64,000 nt of DNA from an uncultured Candidatus Saccharibacteria bacterium (GCA_964612745.1 CAZTCH010000001.1:6074-70073), one strand, 5' to 3'. Shown: positions 43,227 through 53,551, counted from the stretch's first letter. A program made the numbers and translations. The notes: a model not told the origin generated them from the sequence alone.

Positions 43227-44588
43227 CTACTTGCTCGCTACATTCAAAGGGTTGCTGTTGAACACTTGAACTAATCGATGAATTTTGAGTACGTAGTTCA
43301 CTGTTTCGTTGCGTAGGATTGCTCTGTCGAGGCTATCCCGCTCTGCGGTGAGTGAGTTGAGAGTTGCTTGTTCTGCACTTAGAGTTTTTTGCACAGCTGC
43401 TTTCTGGGTTTTACCAGTTGTTTTCTTAAGCTTAGTTTTTAAGCTGTTTACAACGGTGTTTTGTAGTGCGATTTTTCCGTTGAGTGGGGAGAGTTTATCG
43501 CTGTTGTCTTCGTACCATGCGGTGCCAAATTGACGCGCGGCATTGGCAACTCTGGCTGGTCCACCGTTGTACGCGGCAACACCGTAGTCGAAAGCGTGGC
43601 CACTTAAGAAGTACTCGGGGGCTCTGTCTTGCACTGCTTTAATGTAGTCGTCGAGCAAGATAAACGTAGCTTTGACTGCGTTGGTGTGGTCGCGCATGCC
43701 AGTAACAAAATTTGGAATAAGCTGGGCGTCAGGGTGGCGTTTGACGAGTGACGCATATGTAGAAGGAATAAACTGGCTAATTCCTGCTGCGCCAGCGCTC
43801 GAGACACTGTATTTCCACGTTTCACCTTTGTTACTACCCAAGAGTATATTTACTTTTTTAATGAGCTGTTCTGTGTCGGTAGTGTTTAAAAACTCTGTCG
43901 TGTCCATATGCTCGGCGTACAAGAGGGCGCGGACCAACTCTGGTTTAATGGCTTCGGGGATGCTTTTTCCTGGGACACTGACGGAGTTTTTGTTTTGTAG
44001 CGCTGTGGTGGCTGCGGTAATTACACTAGAGAGGTACGTGTTGCCAGCTTGGCTGACCCCGTCGTCTAGGAGCTCTGGGGAATACGGTGTGTAGATACCG
44101 TCGTAGAGCGCATTTTCAATTGCAGCTTTGCTACCCGTTTCTACCGGCGAAATAAGGTACTTGAGCGCTACTACTTTGCCGTTGGCTGGGGTTTGCACTG
44201 AGAATCGTGTATTAACACCGTTGAATCGTATTTTTGTGATAGCGAAATTTTTGTCTGGGAACTCAAACGAAGTATCACGCTGGATTGCTGCGGTAATACG
44301 TATTTGATTTGTGGCAGGGTCAAGGATTGCCAAGGCAAGATCTTTTGCGTCTAGCTTGTACCCAGAAAGTACTTTGGTAGTCGTTTTTTTCTTCTTTACC
44401 GTTTTTGTTACTGTTTTGTACTGTGGCGAAATAGAGTAATTGAGCTTGACTGGCTCAAGCAATTTTCGTGCTTCGTCTATTTTTTGCACTAAATTGAGGT
44501 CGGGGGTATTGCTGGCTGTGTCTGCTGCTACGGTATTTTGACTGAGAGCAAAACTGACGAGAACGAGTGAAAGAAGGAGTTTTTTCAT
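43227..44588 (-). CDS. secreted lytic-transglycosylase (SLT)-domain protein
   Basis: Signal peptide. The AGAAGISQFIPSTYASL motif matches the SLT catalytic-region pattern. Confidence 0.6.
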   Translation of the reverse strand: MKKLLLSLVLVSFALSQNTVAADTASNTPDLNLVQKIDEARKLLEPVKLNYSISPQYKTVTKTVKKKKTTTKVLSGYKLDAKDLALAILDPATNQIRITAAIQRDTSFEFPDKNFAITKIRFNGVNTRFSVQTPANGKVVALKYLISPVETGSKAAIENALYDGIYTPYSPELLDDGVSQAGNTYLSSVITAATTALQNKNSVSVPGKSIPEAIKPELVRALLYAEHMDTTEFLNTTDTEQLIKKVNILLGSNKGETWKYSVSSAGAAGISQFIPSTYASLVKRHPDAQLIPNFVTGMRDHTNAVKATFILLDDYIKAVQDRAPEYFLSGHAFDYGVAAYNGGPARVANAARQFGTAWYEDNSDKLSPLNGKIALQNTVVNSLKTKLKKTTGKTQKAAVQKTLSAEQATLNSLTAERDSLDRAILRNETVNYVLKIHRLVQVFNSNPLNVASK

Positions 44589-44669
44589 GCTTTTAGTATA
44601 TCACGTGAGCGTTCTTGAAAATTGAGTGTGGGCTTTCTGCTGCGGAGCGCTTCTGGTATGATTATGCAT

Positions 44670-46166
44670 ATGGCAACACCATCTAAAAATATTTTGTGGC
44701 TTTCGGTGTCTCGGGTGCTGGGTTTAGTTTTGCTCTTTTTTGCGTACACACAGTTATTTCGTTACTTAGGCCCGTTTGGTACAGGGCAGTACCAGTTTGT
44801 GCTTTCTTTGGTCACAATTTTTGGGGTGGTGATTGATTTGGGGATTTCGCAGTATGTGACCAAAAAAATTGCAGAAGAACCAAAAGAAGTATCGAAGCTA
44901 TTTCACACGTTCTTTGCTGCAGAAGTATTTTTGGCGGGTATTATTTATGCGCTCATGGTGGTGTTTGTGTTTTGGCGTGGGTACGAACCCGTGGTGCAGC
45001 AAGCGGTGATGGTGGCGGGGGTTGGGCTGTTTTGCTATGGGTTAACGACGCCATTCCTTTCGGTGCTTTCTGCGTTTCAGGATTTACGTCGAGTAGCCGC
45101 AATAAATTTGCTTGCTTCGGTAATTAATGCTGTCATAATTTTTTCTGCTATTCATTTCCAGCACTACATTGTGTTTTTGGCGTTGAACCAAGTGGTGTAC
45201 GGTGTAGTAGCTTTTTTCTTGTACCGGCATTTTGTAAAGGCGTATGTGCCACAGATGCACTTGTGGGCAGTACTGCAGCACGTGGACTGGAAGCTGCTCA
45301 AGAAGATTTTGGTTGCAGCATTACCGTTTGCACTCCTTGTGAGCTTTAGTACCGTGTACAATCGCATAGACATTGTAATCATTACGAAGTTGCTTGGATA
45401 CGCAGAGACGGGGTTGTATACAGCAGCGTACAAAGTGGTAGATTTGACCAACTTTTTCCCTGCGGTAGTGTCGCATGCGTTGTACCCAGTATTGGCAGCG
45501 CTCATGGCAAAGGGTGCGCTTTCGGAAGTGCGGGGAACTCTTGAAAAATACATGCGGTTTATGGTGGCTTTGGCGTTGCCCATGGCAATGCTGGGGAGTC
45601 TTTTGTCTAAGCCACTTATTTTGATTTTAACCAGCGGTGACGCGCGTTTTTTGCCCGCGGCACCAGTTTTGTCTATTTTGGTGTGGGCGATTGCTATTTT
45701 GTTTATATACGTAACTGCGAACTCTTTGGTAGTGTCGCAGTTAACGAAGTGGGCAGTGGTGGTCACGGGGGTAAATGTGGTCATAAATATTGTGGGCAAT
45801 GTAGTGCTCTTGCCGTGGATTGGCATTCGGGGAGCGGCAATCATGACGGTGGTGTCCGAAGGGCTGCAAGGTATATTTTATTTTTACTTTATTTGGAAAC
45901 ATATAACTCATTTTTCACTGGTGCAAGCATTTGCAAAGCCACTTGCAGCAACACTCTGCATGGGCGTGTTAGTCTTTGTGCTTCGTGACATGGTGGCGTT
46001 AGGGTTGCCAGATGCAGCTTCTGCAGCTCAGATGGCAGTACTTGTTGCAAAAGTTGCTGGTGTTGCTCTGCTTGGTTTGACTACGTATGTTGCGGTGCTG
46101 GCTGCAGGAAAGTTTTTTACCTCCGAAGATATTGCTTTCGTGAATCGCTTTTTGCGCCGCGCGTAA
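44670..46166 (+). CDS. MOP-superfamily polysaccharide flippase (Wzx/MurJ-like)
   Basis: About 14 TM helices and a polysaccharide-biosynthesis-protein-like N-terminal pattern. The ATG at 44670 is 7 nt after TATGAT. Confidence 0.7.
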   Translation: MATPSKNILWLSVSRVLGLVLLFFAYTQLFRYLGPFGTGQYQFVLSLVTIFGVVIDLGISQYVTKKIAEEPKEVSKLFHTFFAAEVFLAGIIYALMVVFVFWRGYEPVVQQAVMVAGVGLFCYGLTTPFLSVLSAFQDLRRVAAINLLASVINAVIIFSAIHFQHYIVFLALNQVVYGVVAFFLYRHFVKAYVPQMHLWAVLQHVDWKLLKKILVAALPFALLVSFSTVYNRIDIVIITKLLGYAETGLYTAAYKVVDLTNFFPAVVSHALYPVLAALMAKGALSEVRGTLEKYMRFMVALALPMAMLGSLLSKPLILILTSGDARFLPAAPVLSILVWAIAILFIYVTANSLVVSQLTKWAVVVTGVNVVINIVGNVVLLPWIGIRGAAIMTVVSEGLQGIFYFYFIWKHITHFSLVQAFAKPLAATLCMGVLVFVLRDMVALGLPDAASAAQMAVLVAKVAGVALLGLTTYVAVLAAGKFFTSEDIAFVNRFLRRA

Positions 46167-46450
46167 ATCTGTTGTGTCTGTGATACTGTCAATCTATTGG
46201 GTGGCTTCTCTTGGCTATTTGTCTGTATTCTTTATGTTACGCAATCCTATGAGTTTGCTGGCATGATTTTGAAAGCGATCTCATAACTTTCTTGTACCTA
46301 ATTTAGACGGCCGTCTCATTTAGGTACATTTTTTATACTATTATGCCTAGTGATTTGTTATTGGCGATGTATTGGTTGCAAGAAATCTAAAATTCTGGCA
46401 CTGTAAGCTCAAGTGTTTTCACTTGAGGCAAAACTCAGAAGGGGGGTACT

Positions 46451-46720
46451 ATGCCAAATGTAGGTGATCCATATTTTAGGGGTGGTGTTTGTGTTGGGAC
46501 GTGGGAATTTATCGGTGGCAAATTAGTTGGCGTCGTTGACCAACAAGTGAGTGAACATTTTACTACAGAACATAAAGTCATTTCTGTTACTGAGGCACAC
46601 CCAAAACCAATTCACCATGGCCCGTTAGTTAGGCCGCGTAATCAACCTCACAAGGAAGGGGAGGAGTGGTGCGGAGATTGTACGTGCTATCATTTTCCGG
46701 GGCACCACCGTTACAGGTGA
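46451..46720 (+). CDS. small Cys/His-rich hypothetical protein (89 aa)
   Basis: Strong SD GGGGGG, CGDCTCYH and HHGP motifs, followed by a hairpin terminator (46744-46769). Confidence 0.45.
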   Translation: MPNVGDPYFRGGVCVGTWEFIGGKLVGVVDQQVSEHFTTEHKVISVTEAHPKPIHHGPLVRPRNQPHKEGEEWCGDCTCYHFPGHHRYR

Positions 46721-46787
46721 GTTTGCGTACGGTATTTCCATCTCGAGGCTGCAAGCGCGGCCTCTTTTTTCTTGATATACTGTATAT

Positions 46788-47882
46788 ATGATTATTGGCA
46801 TAGAAGCAGAGCGGGCGAATAGTGGGCAGAAGACGGGGGTAGAACACTATGCCCAGCAACTTATTTTACAATTTGCAGAGATAGACAAGGAAAATCAGTA
46901 CGTATTGTATTTGCGGACACAGCCGCAAGAGTGGATTTTGCAATTACCCAAAAATTTTAGTTATAAAGTAATGCCGTTTCCGTTGTTTTGGACGCAACTG
47001 CGGCTTTCTTGGGAAATGTTGCGACATGCCCCAGATGTACTGTTTGTGCCAGCAAGTAGCATGCCGTTGGTGCACCCACGTAAAACGGTAGTAACAGTGC
47101 ATGACTTGGCGTTCATGTTGTACCCAGAAACATATACTTCGTTCATGCGGTACTACCATATGTTTGAAGATGTGCTGGTGAGTCGTTTGGCGTGGCGGGT
47201 GATAACCGTGTCCGAAAGCACCAAACGTGATTTTGTAAAGTTTTGGCAAGCGGACGAAAAGCGGATTCGGGTCATACACCACGGGTATACTGCTCAGTCT
47301 GCTACAACCTACAACCTACAACCTACAACCTCACTACAGTTGCCAGAGAAGTTTGTGCTGTTTCTCTCTACCCTCCAGCCGAGGAAGAATTTGCACGGAC
47401 TGATTGCTGCGTGCAAAGAATATAGACTGCAGCACTCAACTGAAGATCTGAAGCTTGTGGTGGCAGGGCGCGTTGGGTGGAAGTCGGAAGAAATTGTTGC
47501 AGAAATAGAAGCGAATAAAGATTTTGTGGTGCACCTCAACCATGTGACAGATGCAGACAGGGCGATGCTCTACCAGCGTGCGAGTGTGTTTTGTGTGCCG
47601 TCGTTCTACGAAGGGTTTGGTATGTGGATTTTAGAAGCGTTTGATGCGGGGGTTCCGGTGGTCACGTCGAATGTGTCTAGCATGCCAGAAGTGGCAGGGG
47701 ATGCATCCGAGTACTGCGACCCGCACGATATGGCGAGTATTGCCAGTGCACTTACGCGAGTTCTGCAAGACAAAGAAAGAGCCGCTCTACTTGTCCAAAA
47801 AGGACGAGAGCGGCTACAAGAGTTTAGCTGGCGTAAGTGTGCCGAAGAGTCTTTGGCTACTCTGACTTCTCAGGAGCAATAA
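46788..47882 (+). CDS. family 4 glycosyltransferase (GT-B, GT4)
   Basis: EGFG motif (PSFYEGFGMWILEA). The ATG follows TATACT by about 7 nt. Contains an in-frame 9-nt microsatellite. Confidence 0.8.
   Translation: MIIGIEAERANSGQKTGVEHYAQQLILQFAEIDKENQYVLYLRTQPQEWILQLPKNFSYKVMPFPLFWTQLRLSWEMLRHAPDVLFVPASSMPLVHPRKTVVTVHDLAFMLYPETYTSFMRYYHMFEDVLVSRLAWRVITVSESTKRDFVKFWQADEKRIRVIHHGYTAQSATTYNLQPTTSLQLPEKFVLFLSTLQPRKNLHGLIAACKEYRLQHSTEDLKLVVAGRVGWKSEEIVAEIEANKDFVVHLNHVTDADRAMLYQRASVFCVPSFYEGFGMWILEAFDAGVPVVTSNVSSMPEVAGDASEYCDPHDMASIASALTRVLQDKERAALLVQKGRERLQEFSWRKCAEESLATLTSQEQ
47301..47338. repeat. in-frame 9-nt microsatellite (acaacctac x ~3.5) within the GT4 coding sequence
   Basis: gctacaacctacaacctacaacctacaacctcac encodes TTYNLQPTTYNL-like linker repeats. 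Confidence 0.8.
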
Positions 47883-48093
47883 CCTCGATTTCATCTATGG
47901 CGCAATCGTAAATCCCAATATTGCTGTGGAGTACGGCGCGATTATCTGCGAGGCTCAGTGTGCCAATCAAAACAAATATTTCTGTTCGTTCGGTTGCGTC
48001 CTTCAAAAATACGCACCCTTGGCGCAGTACGACAGAGCATCGTTTACCAGAATAGCCGACTTCGAGCACTGTGGTATCGTAGAAACTTTGCAT
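47857..48093 (-). CDS. possible small protein (78 aa) in the gap between the GT4 gene and the ligase-like gene
   Basis: Start M25 of the ORF-track ORF is preferred. It fits the 258-nt gap. No family is recognised, and a spurious antisense ORF is possible. Confidence 0.3.
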   Translation of the reverse strand: MQSFYDTTVLEVGYSGKRCSVVLRQGCVFLKDATERTEIFVLIGTLSLADNRAVLHSNIGIYDCAIDEIEVIAPEKSE

Positions 48094-48139
48094 GAGCAGA
48101 CCTCCTTGTGGTTGCAGGTTTTTGTAATTTGAAAATAGT

Positions 48140-49786
48140 ATGAACGTATTGAAGCAAAAAAACAACTGGTTAGGTTTACTTGTGTTAGCACAGCTTATTT
48201 TGGTGTACCTCTTGGCGATTGGTGTGGTGCCAGCATGGGTTGTTTTAGTGCAAGCAGTAGTGCTTGCGGGTTTAGTGTTGTCACTCCCTTCTACGTATGG
48301 TTTGCGCGTTTTTGTGGTGTCTGTGCCATTTTATTTGGTGTTACCACAGCAGTATTCCAACACATTGTCGACGTGGCGGCCACTGGTAGCGCTTTTGTTT
48401 GTGCGTGTTGTGGGAGAGTTTTTGTTTTACATCTATCGCAGTGGTAGAGCCGAACACAAAACCTTATCCAACTTTTTCACAATTGTGAAAAAGTTGGATA
48501 AGACTGTGCGTAGCGTAAGGGCGTGGGAGTGGACTGCGGTTGCTCTGTTTGTGTTTGGGTTGGTGTCGCTTCTCTGGGCACGATTTCCCGTGGAAGGAGC
48601 AAAGCAGTTAGTATTTTTACTGAACGCAGCGCTGCTCTACCCAATAGTCTTGTGGGTGTTACGGGATAGAAAACAGACTTTGCCGGTGTTGGTGTCTGGG
48701 GTTGTGTCTACTGGGGTAATAATTTTTATGGGGTTTGTGCAATACGCCATAACGCTGTTTACTGTTGCGTATTACTTCTGGCAGTTCTGGGCGTTGCAGG
48801 TAGCAAGTTTGTACTACGGCACGGAGCTTGCGCGCGTGTTGCAGTATTCCAACTCGTGGGTGACGGTGCAAGGTGAAGAAAAGATTTTGCGCATGTTTTC
48901 CGTAATGCCAAGCAGTCATGCGTTCGCTATGGTTGCGGTGCTCTTTTTGGCGTTTGTCTTACCACTGTTGTACCTGAACAGGCATAACGAAAAACTGACG
49001 GCCGTCGAAAATGCGTTACATTTTAGTGAGCTTAAAAAGCAATGGGTGTTGTGGGCTTCTGTGGTGTTGGCGTCGTTTGCGCTAATACTTTCGGGTACGC
49101 GCGGGGTGTGGCTGGGGATGTTACCTGTGTTAGTTGTTGCAGGGTTGGTGTACTACCGAAGTAAGTTGCGAATGTTGGTAGCGCCCATTTTTGCGTGCAT
49201 GCTTTTGGTGGTGGTATTGTTTGAGTTTTCTCCGATTACCGATAGGGTCACATCTTGGGTGCGCAGTGGGGGTTGGCGGTCGGGGACTTTGGAGCGGGTG
49301 GTGAGTATTGCCAACACAAACGAAACTTCGAACGCGGGGAGACTTGCTATGTGGAAGCGTGTGGGTGCGCAAGTACTGCACAATCCGTTTGGGGTGGGCT
49401 ATGGCAACTTTGTGGCTACGCTCGAACCGGACGCAACTACTGCAGACTTTGAAGCTATTGCCAATCAAGACAACGATGCATACAACTTACCACAGCGGTA
49501 TGTGACTGCGCATAGTTTGTACTTGCAACTACTGGCAGAACTTGGAGTAGTTGGGTTGGTATTGTTTGGGTTGTTTTGGATTTTTCTGCTATGGGACATG
49601 GGGAAAGCAGTTGTGGCGAGTAGTGAGTTGAATTTGAACAACATTTTTTTGGTTACCACCTTTTGTGTGTTTCTGTGGTTTTTGGCATATAGCGTATTTG
49701 ACCTGACATGGTTGAATGATAAGATACTTCTATATACGTTTTTGTTGTTCGCCCTTATGCGCACACTCAAACGCCCGCAGATGTAG
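48140..49786 (+). CDS. O-antigen ligase/polymerase-like (Wzy_C domain) membrane protein
   Basis: Polytopic. Contains the conserved SGTRGVWLG and AHSLYLQLLAELGVVG (H-x-x-L...E-x-G) Wzy_C-type motifs. Confidence 0.65.
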   Translation: MNVLKQKNNWLGLLVLAQLILVYLLAIGVVPAWVVLVQAVVLAGLVLSLPSTYGLRVFVVSVPFYLVLPQQYSNTLSTWRPLVALLFVRVVGEFLFYIYRSGRAEHKTLSNFFTIVKKLDKTVRSVRAWEWTAVALFVFGLVSLLWARFPVEGAKQLVFLLNAALLYPIVLWVLRDRKQTLPVLVSGVVSTGVIIFMGFVQYAITLFTVAYYFWQFWALQVASLYYGTELARVLQYSNSWVTVQGEEKILRMFSVMPSSHAFAMVAVLFLAFVLPLLYLNRHNEKLTAVENALHFSELKKQWVLWASVVLASFALILSGTRGVWLGMLPVLVVAGLVYYRSKLRMLVAPIFACMLLVVVLFEFSPITDRVTSWVRSGGWRSGTLERVVSIANTNETSNAGRLAMWKRVGAQVLHNPFGVGYGNFVATLEPDATTADFEAIANQDNDAYNLPQRYVTAHSLYLQLLAELGVVGLVLFGLFWIFLLWDMGKAVVASSELNLNNIFLVTTFCVFLWFLAYSVFDLTWLNDKILLYTFLLFALMRTLKRPQM

Positions 49787-49804
49787 TAATAAAGAACTGT
49801 CAAA

Positions 49805-49828
49805 TTTTACTCACAAATGTGAGTAAAA
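49805..49828. terminator. perfect palindrome TTTTACTCACA-aat-GTGAGTAAAA after the ligase-like gene and before the GT2 gene
   Basis: 11-bp arms. Could be a terminator or an operator. Confidence 0.5.
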
Positions 49829-49844
49829 TTAGACAAAAGATTTT

Positions 49845-50855
49845 ATGGCAAAAGTTGCAATTGTACAAATGGTGTATAACGGAATGAAATATATTCCGCA
49901 GTCGTTTGATTCTATGGTGAACCAGACGTACAAAGACGTAGAAATCATTGCAGTTATAAACGGGAACGCCGATGGAGGGAAAGAGTATATACAGCAACAC
50001 TACCCAAGCGTGCGGATTATTGAACCCTCCGAGAACTTGAAATTTGTGCGGGGACACAATTTAATTTTTGAGACGGTTGATGCCGAGTTTTTTCAGTTGG
50101 TAAACCAAGATTTAATTTTACAGCCTACGTATGTAGAAGAAATTTTACAAGCATTTGCCGACCCTGTGGTTGGTGCTGCAAATGGTAAGATTTTTCAATA
50201 TGATTTTGACTCGAACGTTGCGAGTGACGTACTAGATACTACGGGGATTGTTGTTTCCAAAAATGGTCGTGGAAAAAGCAGAGGGCAGAATGAACAAGAT
50301 ACTGGCGCGTATGATTCCCAGCTAGAGATTGTAGGTGTGGATGGCGCGGCATGTATGTATAGAAAGAGCGCGCTAGAGAAGATTAAATACCAGCGTGTAG
50401 ACGGGCATGCTGAATATTTTGATGTAGATTTTGAGATGTATTGGGAGGACGTAGATTTGTCGCTACGTTTACAAAACGCTGGTTTTAAATGTCGGTTTGT
50501 ACCAGCGGCGGTGGGGTACCATGGTCGCACTGCTGGGTCGAGTAAAAAAGGGTACAAAGATGTAGCTGCGTTTAAAGAGCATCATAAAAAACTACCAACT
50601 TGGATAAAAGAATATAACTATAAGAACCACATTTTTTTAGTTATCAAAAATTTCCCACAGTTTTATTTGAAGTTCTTTGTGCGTGAATTTTTTATGTTGG
50701 GGTATATTTGTGTGTTTGAAACATCGACCTTAAAAATACTTCCAACCATGATTCGACAACTTCCTGCTATGTGGCGAAAACGGAAATGGATACAGATGCA
50801 TCGAAGTAGTGCCAATTGGGTGGGGTTGCTGAATGATAAGGGTTTGCTTTCTTAA
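49845..50855 (+). CDS. family 2 glycosyltransferase
   Basis: N-terminal GT-A fold pattern (AIVQMVYNG...DVEIIAVINGNAD) and DxD-like motifs. Confidence 0.8.
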   Translation: MAKVAIVQMVYNGMKYIPQSFDSMVNQTYKDVEIIAVINGNADGGKEYIQQHYPSVRIIEPSENLKFVRGHNLIFETVDAEFFQLVNQDLILQPTYVEEILQAFADPVVGAANGKIFQYDFDSNVASDVLDTTGIVVSKNGRGKSRGQNEQDTGAYDSQLEIVGVDGAACMYRKSALEKIKYQRVDGHAEYFDVDFEMYWEDVDLSLRLQNAGFKCRFVPAAVGYHGRTAGSSKKGYKDVAAFKEHHKKLPTWIKEYNYKNHIFLVIKNFPQFYLKFFVREFFMLGYICVFETSTLKILPTMIRQLPAMWRKRKWIQMHRSSANWVGLLNDKGLLS

Positions 50856-50861
50856 TGAGTG

Positions 50862-50914
50862 GATGGGCACCATCTGCATGCTCCGCCTGTCGGCGGATGC
50901 AGATGGTGCCCATC
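50862..50914. repeat. GATGGGCACCATCTG hairpin repeat family, copy D
   Basis: GATGGGCACCATCTGCAT-gctccgcctgtcggcgg-ATGCAGATGGTGCCCATC lies between two GT2 genes. It accounts for the N-terminal extension of ORF-track ORF 50859. Confidence 0.85.
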
Positions 50915-50963
50915 GTGCAGTGCGTGTTGGATTTGTTATTTGTTATTTCGAATTTCTATTACT

Positions 50964-51860
50964 ATGGACCTCTCAATTATTTTTGTAAATTATAAAGATA
51001 AGCAACATTTGCTGGATGCTTTGGACGCAGTGTATTCCTCTAAGGTGAATTTTAGCTACGAAGCAATTGTTGTAGACAATGACTCTCAGGATGATAGCTT
51101 GGATGCTGTTCGGGCGCGATTTTTTTCTGACCCAGCGAAAGCGGCGGTTACACAGTTGGTGCCCAATGTGAATAACGGTTTTGTAGGTGGGAATAATTTA
51201 GGTATTAGCTTAGCAAGCGGCGAGTATACGCTGTTACTTAACTGTGACACAAAGCTTTCTCCTGAAACGCTGCAGGTAATGATGGACTTTATGAAGTCAC
51301 GACCGGATGTCGGGATTAGTACGTGCAAGCTGGTAAAAAGAAATGGTGAGTTAGATTGGGCATGCAGGCGCAGTTTCCCTGACCCATGGGTGTCTTTTTT
51401 CCGATTGTCTGGTTTGTCTAAACTATTTCCGAACAGTAAAACACTCGCAGCATACAACCTGACTTACAAAAGCGTAGACGAAGAAACAGAAGTAGACTCC
51501 TGCGTGGGGGCGTTCATGTTTATTTCTCCCGCGTGCATGAAAGCAATCCAAGGGTTTGACACTGACTACTATATGTACGGCGAAGACTTGGACATGTGTT
51601 TTCGGGCAAAGCAGGCAGGGTTTAAAGTCTGGTATTACCCGAAAACTACTACCATTCACTACAAGGGGCAGTCATCGCGCAAGGCACCGAAGCGCGCGCT
51701 CTATGCGTTCCATGACGCCATGTGGATTTTTTACCGTAAACATTTGCAGCAGAAATATCCTGCGCCTTTTAACTGGCTCGTCTATGTTGGTATCTGGGGT
51801 CGCTACTATGTTAAACTGATACAGAACATGCTGCGCAAAGAAGCGATTGTGAGTAAGTAG
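50964..51860 (+). CDS. family 2 glycosyltransferase
   Basis: SIIFVNYKDKQHL...VVDNDSQDDS and GGNNLG motifs. The start at M36 of the ORF-track ORF is preferred (upstream part is repeat-encoded). Confidence 0.75.
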   Translation: MDLSIIFVNYKDKQHLLDALDAVYSSKVNFSYEAIVVDNDSQDDSLDAVRARFFSDPAKAAVTQLVPNVNNGFVGGNNLGISLASGEYTLLLNCDTKLSPETLQVMMDFMKSRPDVGISTCKLVKRNGELDWACRRSFPDPWVSFFRLSGLSKLFPNSKTLAAYNLTYKSVDEETEVDSCVGAFMFISPACMKAIQGFDTDYYMYGEDLDMCFRAKQAGFKVWYYPKTTTIHYKGQSSRKAPKRALYAFHDAMWIFYRKHLQQKYPAPFNWLVYVGIWGRYYVKLIQNMLRKEAIVSK

Positions 51861-51892
51861 AAAAGCAGTTTGAATATTTTTAAGAAACACAC

Positions 51893-53146
51893 ATGGAAGA
51901 ACAAAACACAACAACACCAGAAAAATCTCGCTTCGTAGTGCGTGTACTCAGTGGCGTACTCGTTGCACTATTAGTTGCTGGTGGGTACGGTATTGGGTTT
52001 TGGCAGGGCAAACAAGGGTTTGTGTTTGAACCAAGCACATTTAAAATAGTTAACCAAAAAGATAGACCACAAACAGTAGACTACAACTTACTGTGGGACA
52101 CGATTGCCAAGCTGAAGTCTGCGCACATCGACAAACCAACCAACGACCAAAAAATACTGTATGGTGCGGTCAAAGGTGCAGTGCAGTCTTTGGGTGACCC
52201 CTATAGCGAATTCTTTACTCCAGAAGAGCTCAAGAGTTTCCAGACAGACTTAGCGGGGAGTTTTGATGGCATTGGCGCGGAGATAGGGAAGCAAAATGGT
52301 GACATCGTGATTATTGCCCCGCTCGATGGCGCACCAGCAAAAGCTGCAGGGCTCATGCCAAAAGATATTATTGTGAAAGTAGATGGTGTGCAGGTAGAAG
52401 ACTGGTCGGTAGAAGAAACAGTCAGGCGCATTCGAGGCAAGAAAGGAACTACCGTGACGCTTACCATTTACCGAGAAGGTAGAAGCGATACGTTTGATGT
52501 AGCTATAAAGCGCGACCAGATTGTAATAAAATCGGTAAAGTGGGAAGTAAAGACAGTGACTGCTGCGCGCGACCAAAAGAAAATTGGATATATATCTGTT
52601 TCCCGTTTTGGGGACGACACCGAAAGCTTGTTTAGCACTGCTGTGCAAGATCTTCGCTCCCAAGGCGTGTCTGGTTTAGTGCTCGACTTGCGTAGTGATC
52701 CCGGTGGGTACTTGGACACTGCAGTAGAGCTTGCCAGTTACTGGATTGCTAAAGATAAATTGGTGGTAAAAGAAGCGCACAGTAGCGGTGCGGACGTTGA
52801 CTACAAATCAAAAGGGTACGGCCGGCTCACTGGTGTGCCTACCGTAACACTGATTAACGGCGGGAGTGCTTCTGCTTCGGAAATTTTGGCTGGTGCTTTG
52901 CATGACTACAAACTTACGACGCTCCTTGGTGAAAAGTCTTATGGTAAGGGGAGTGTGCAAGAGATTTTGGCGCTTTCTGGCGGGAGTGCGCTCAAGGTAA
53001 CAATTGCAAAATGGATTACCCCGAACGGGAAAAACATTAGCAAGGAAGGACTTACTCCAGACATAGAAGTAAAACTGACAGAAGAAGATGTAAGGGCGCA
53101 AAAAGATCCCCAGCTCGAGAGGGCGTTACAAGAGTTGACAAAATAG
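51893..53146 (+). CDS. carboxyl-terminal processing peptidase (S41, CtpA-like) with PDZ domain
   Basis: GIGAEIG PDZ-adjacent block, catalytic Ser region GSASASEILAGAL, and a downstream Lys. N-terminal TM. Confidence 0.85.
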   Translation: MEEQNTTTPEKSRFVVRVLSGVLVALLVAGGYGIGFWQGKQGFVFEPSTFKIVNQKDRPQTVDYNLLWDTIAKLKSAHIDKPTNDQKILYGAVKGAVQSLGDPYSEFFTPEELKSFQTDLAGSFDGIGAEIGKQNGDIVIIAPLDGAPAKAAGLMPKDIIVKVDGVQVEDWSVEETVRRIRGKKGTTVTLTIYREGRSDTFDVAIKRDQIVIKSVKWEVKTVTAARDQKKIGYISVSRFGDDTESLFSTAVQDLRSQGVSGLVLDLRSDPGGYLDTAVELASYWIAKDKLVVKEAHSSGADVDYKSKGYGRLTGVPTVTLINGGSASASEILAGALHDYKLTTLLGEKSYGKGSVQEILALSGGSALKVTIAKWITPNGKNISKEGLTPDIEVKLTEEDVRAQKDPQLERALQELTK

Positions 53147-53178
53147 TATAAAGTAAGCATAATACGCTTACAACTACC

Positions 53179-53212
53179 AAAGACGGACGTGCATACCGCA
53201 CGTCCGTTTGGG
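53179..53212 (+). terminator. hairpin terminator AAAGACGGACGTGC-atacc-GCACGTCCGTTTGG
   Basis: Perfect 14-bp arms follow the ctpA-like gene. Confidence 0.6.
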
Positions 53213-53551
53213 TTAGAAAAAATGAAAGGAAGAGACAGCGATGTTTAAGAGACTATGGCTATACGCCAGAATTTTACTCATCGTTGCCCTAATCTGGGGT
53301 CTGGATGCGGTCATAAATTACCGCAAGCCATACCCTGTTATTACTTACAACATAACACTCACCAAGTTGTAAGTAAGCCCACCTTGCCAGCTGTAACAAG
53401 CTGGCATTTTCTTTTGTATTGACTTTTATGCTAAAAAGTGGTAAAATGCATAAAAGCAAAAACGGCAGAAAGTTCTGCCAAAACCACAAAAATCTGAGCA
53501 AGGCTAGTTTTCTAGTTTTGTTCTTCACCACCCTGTAAGGAGGGGAAAATC

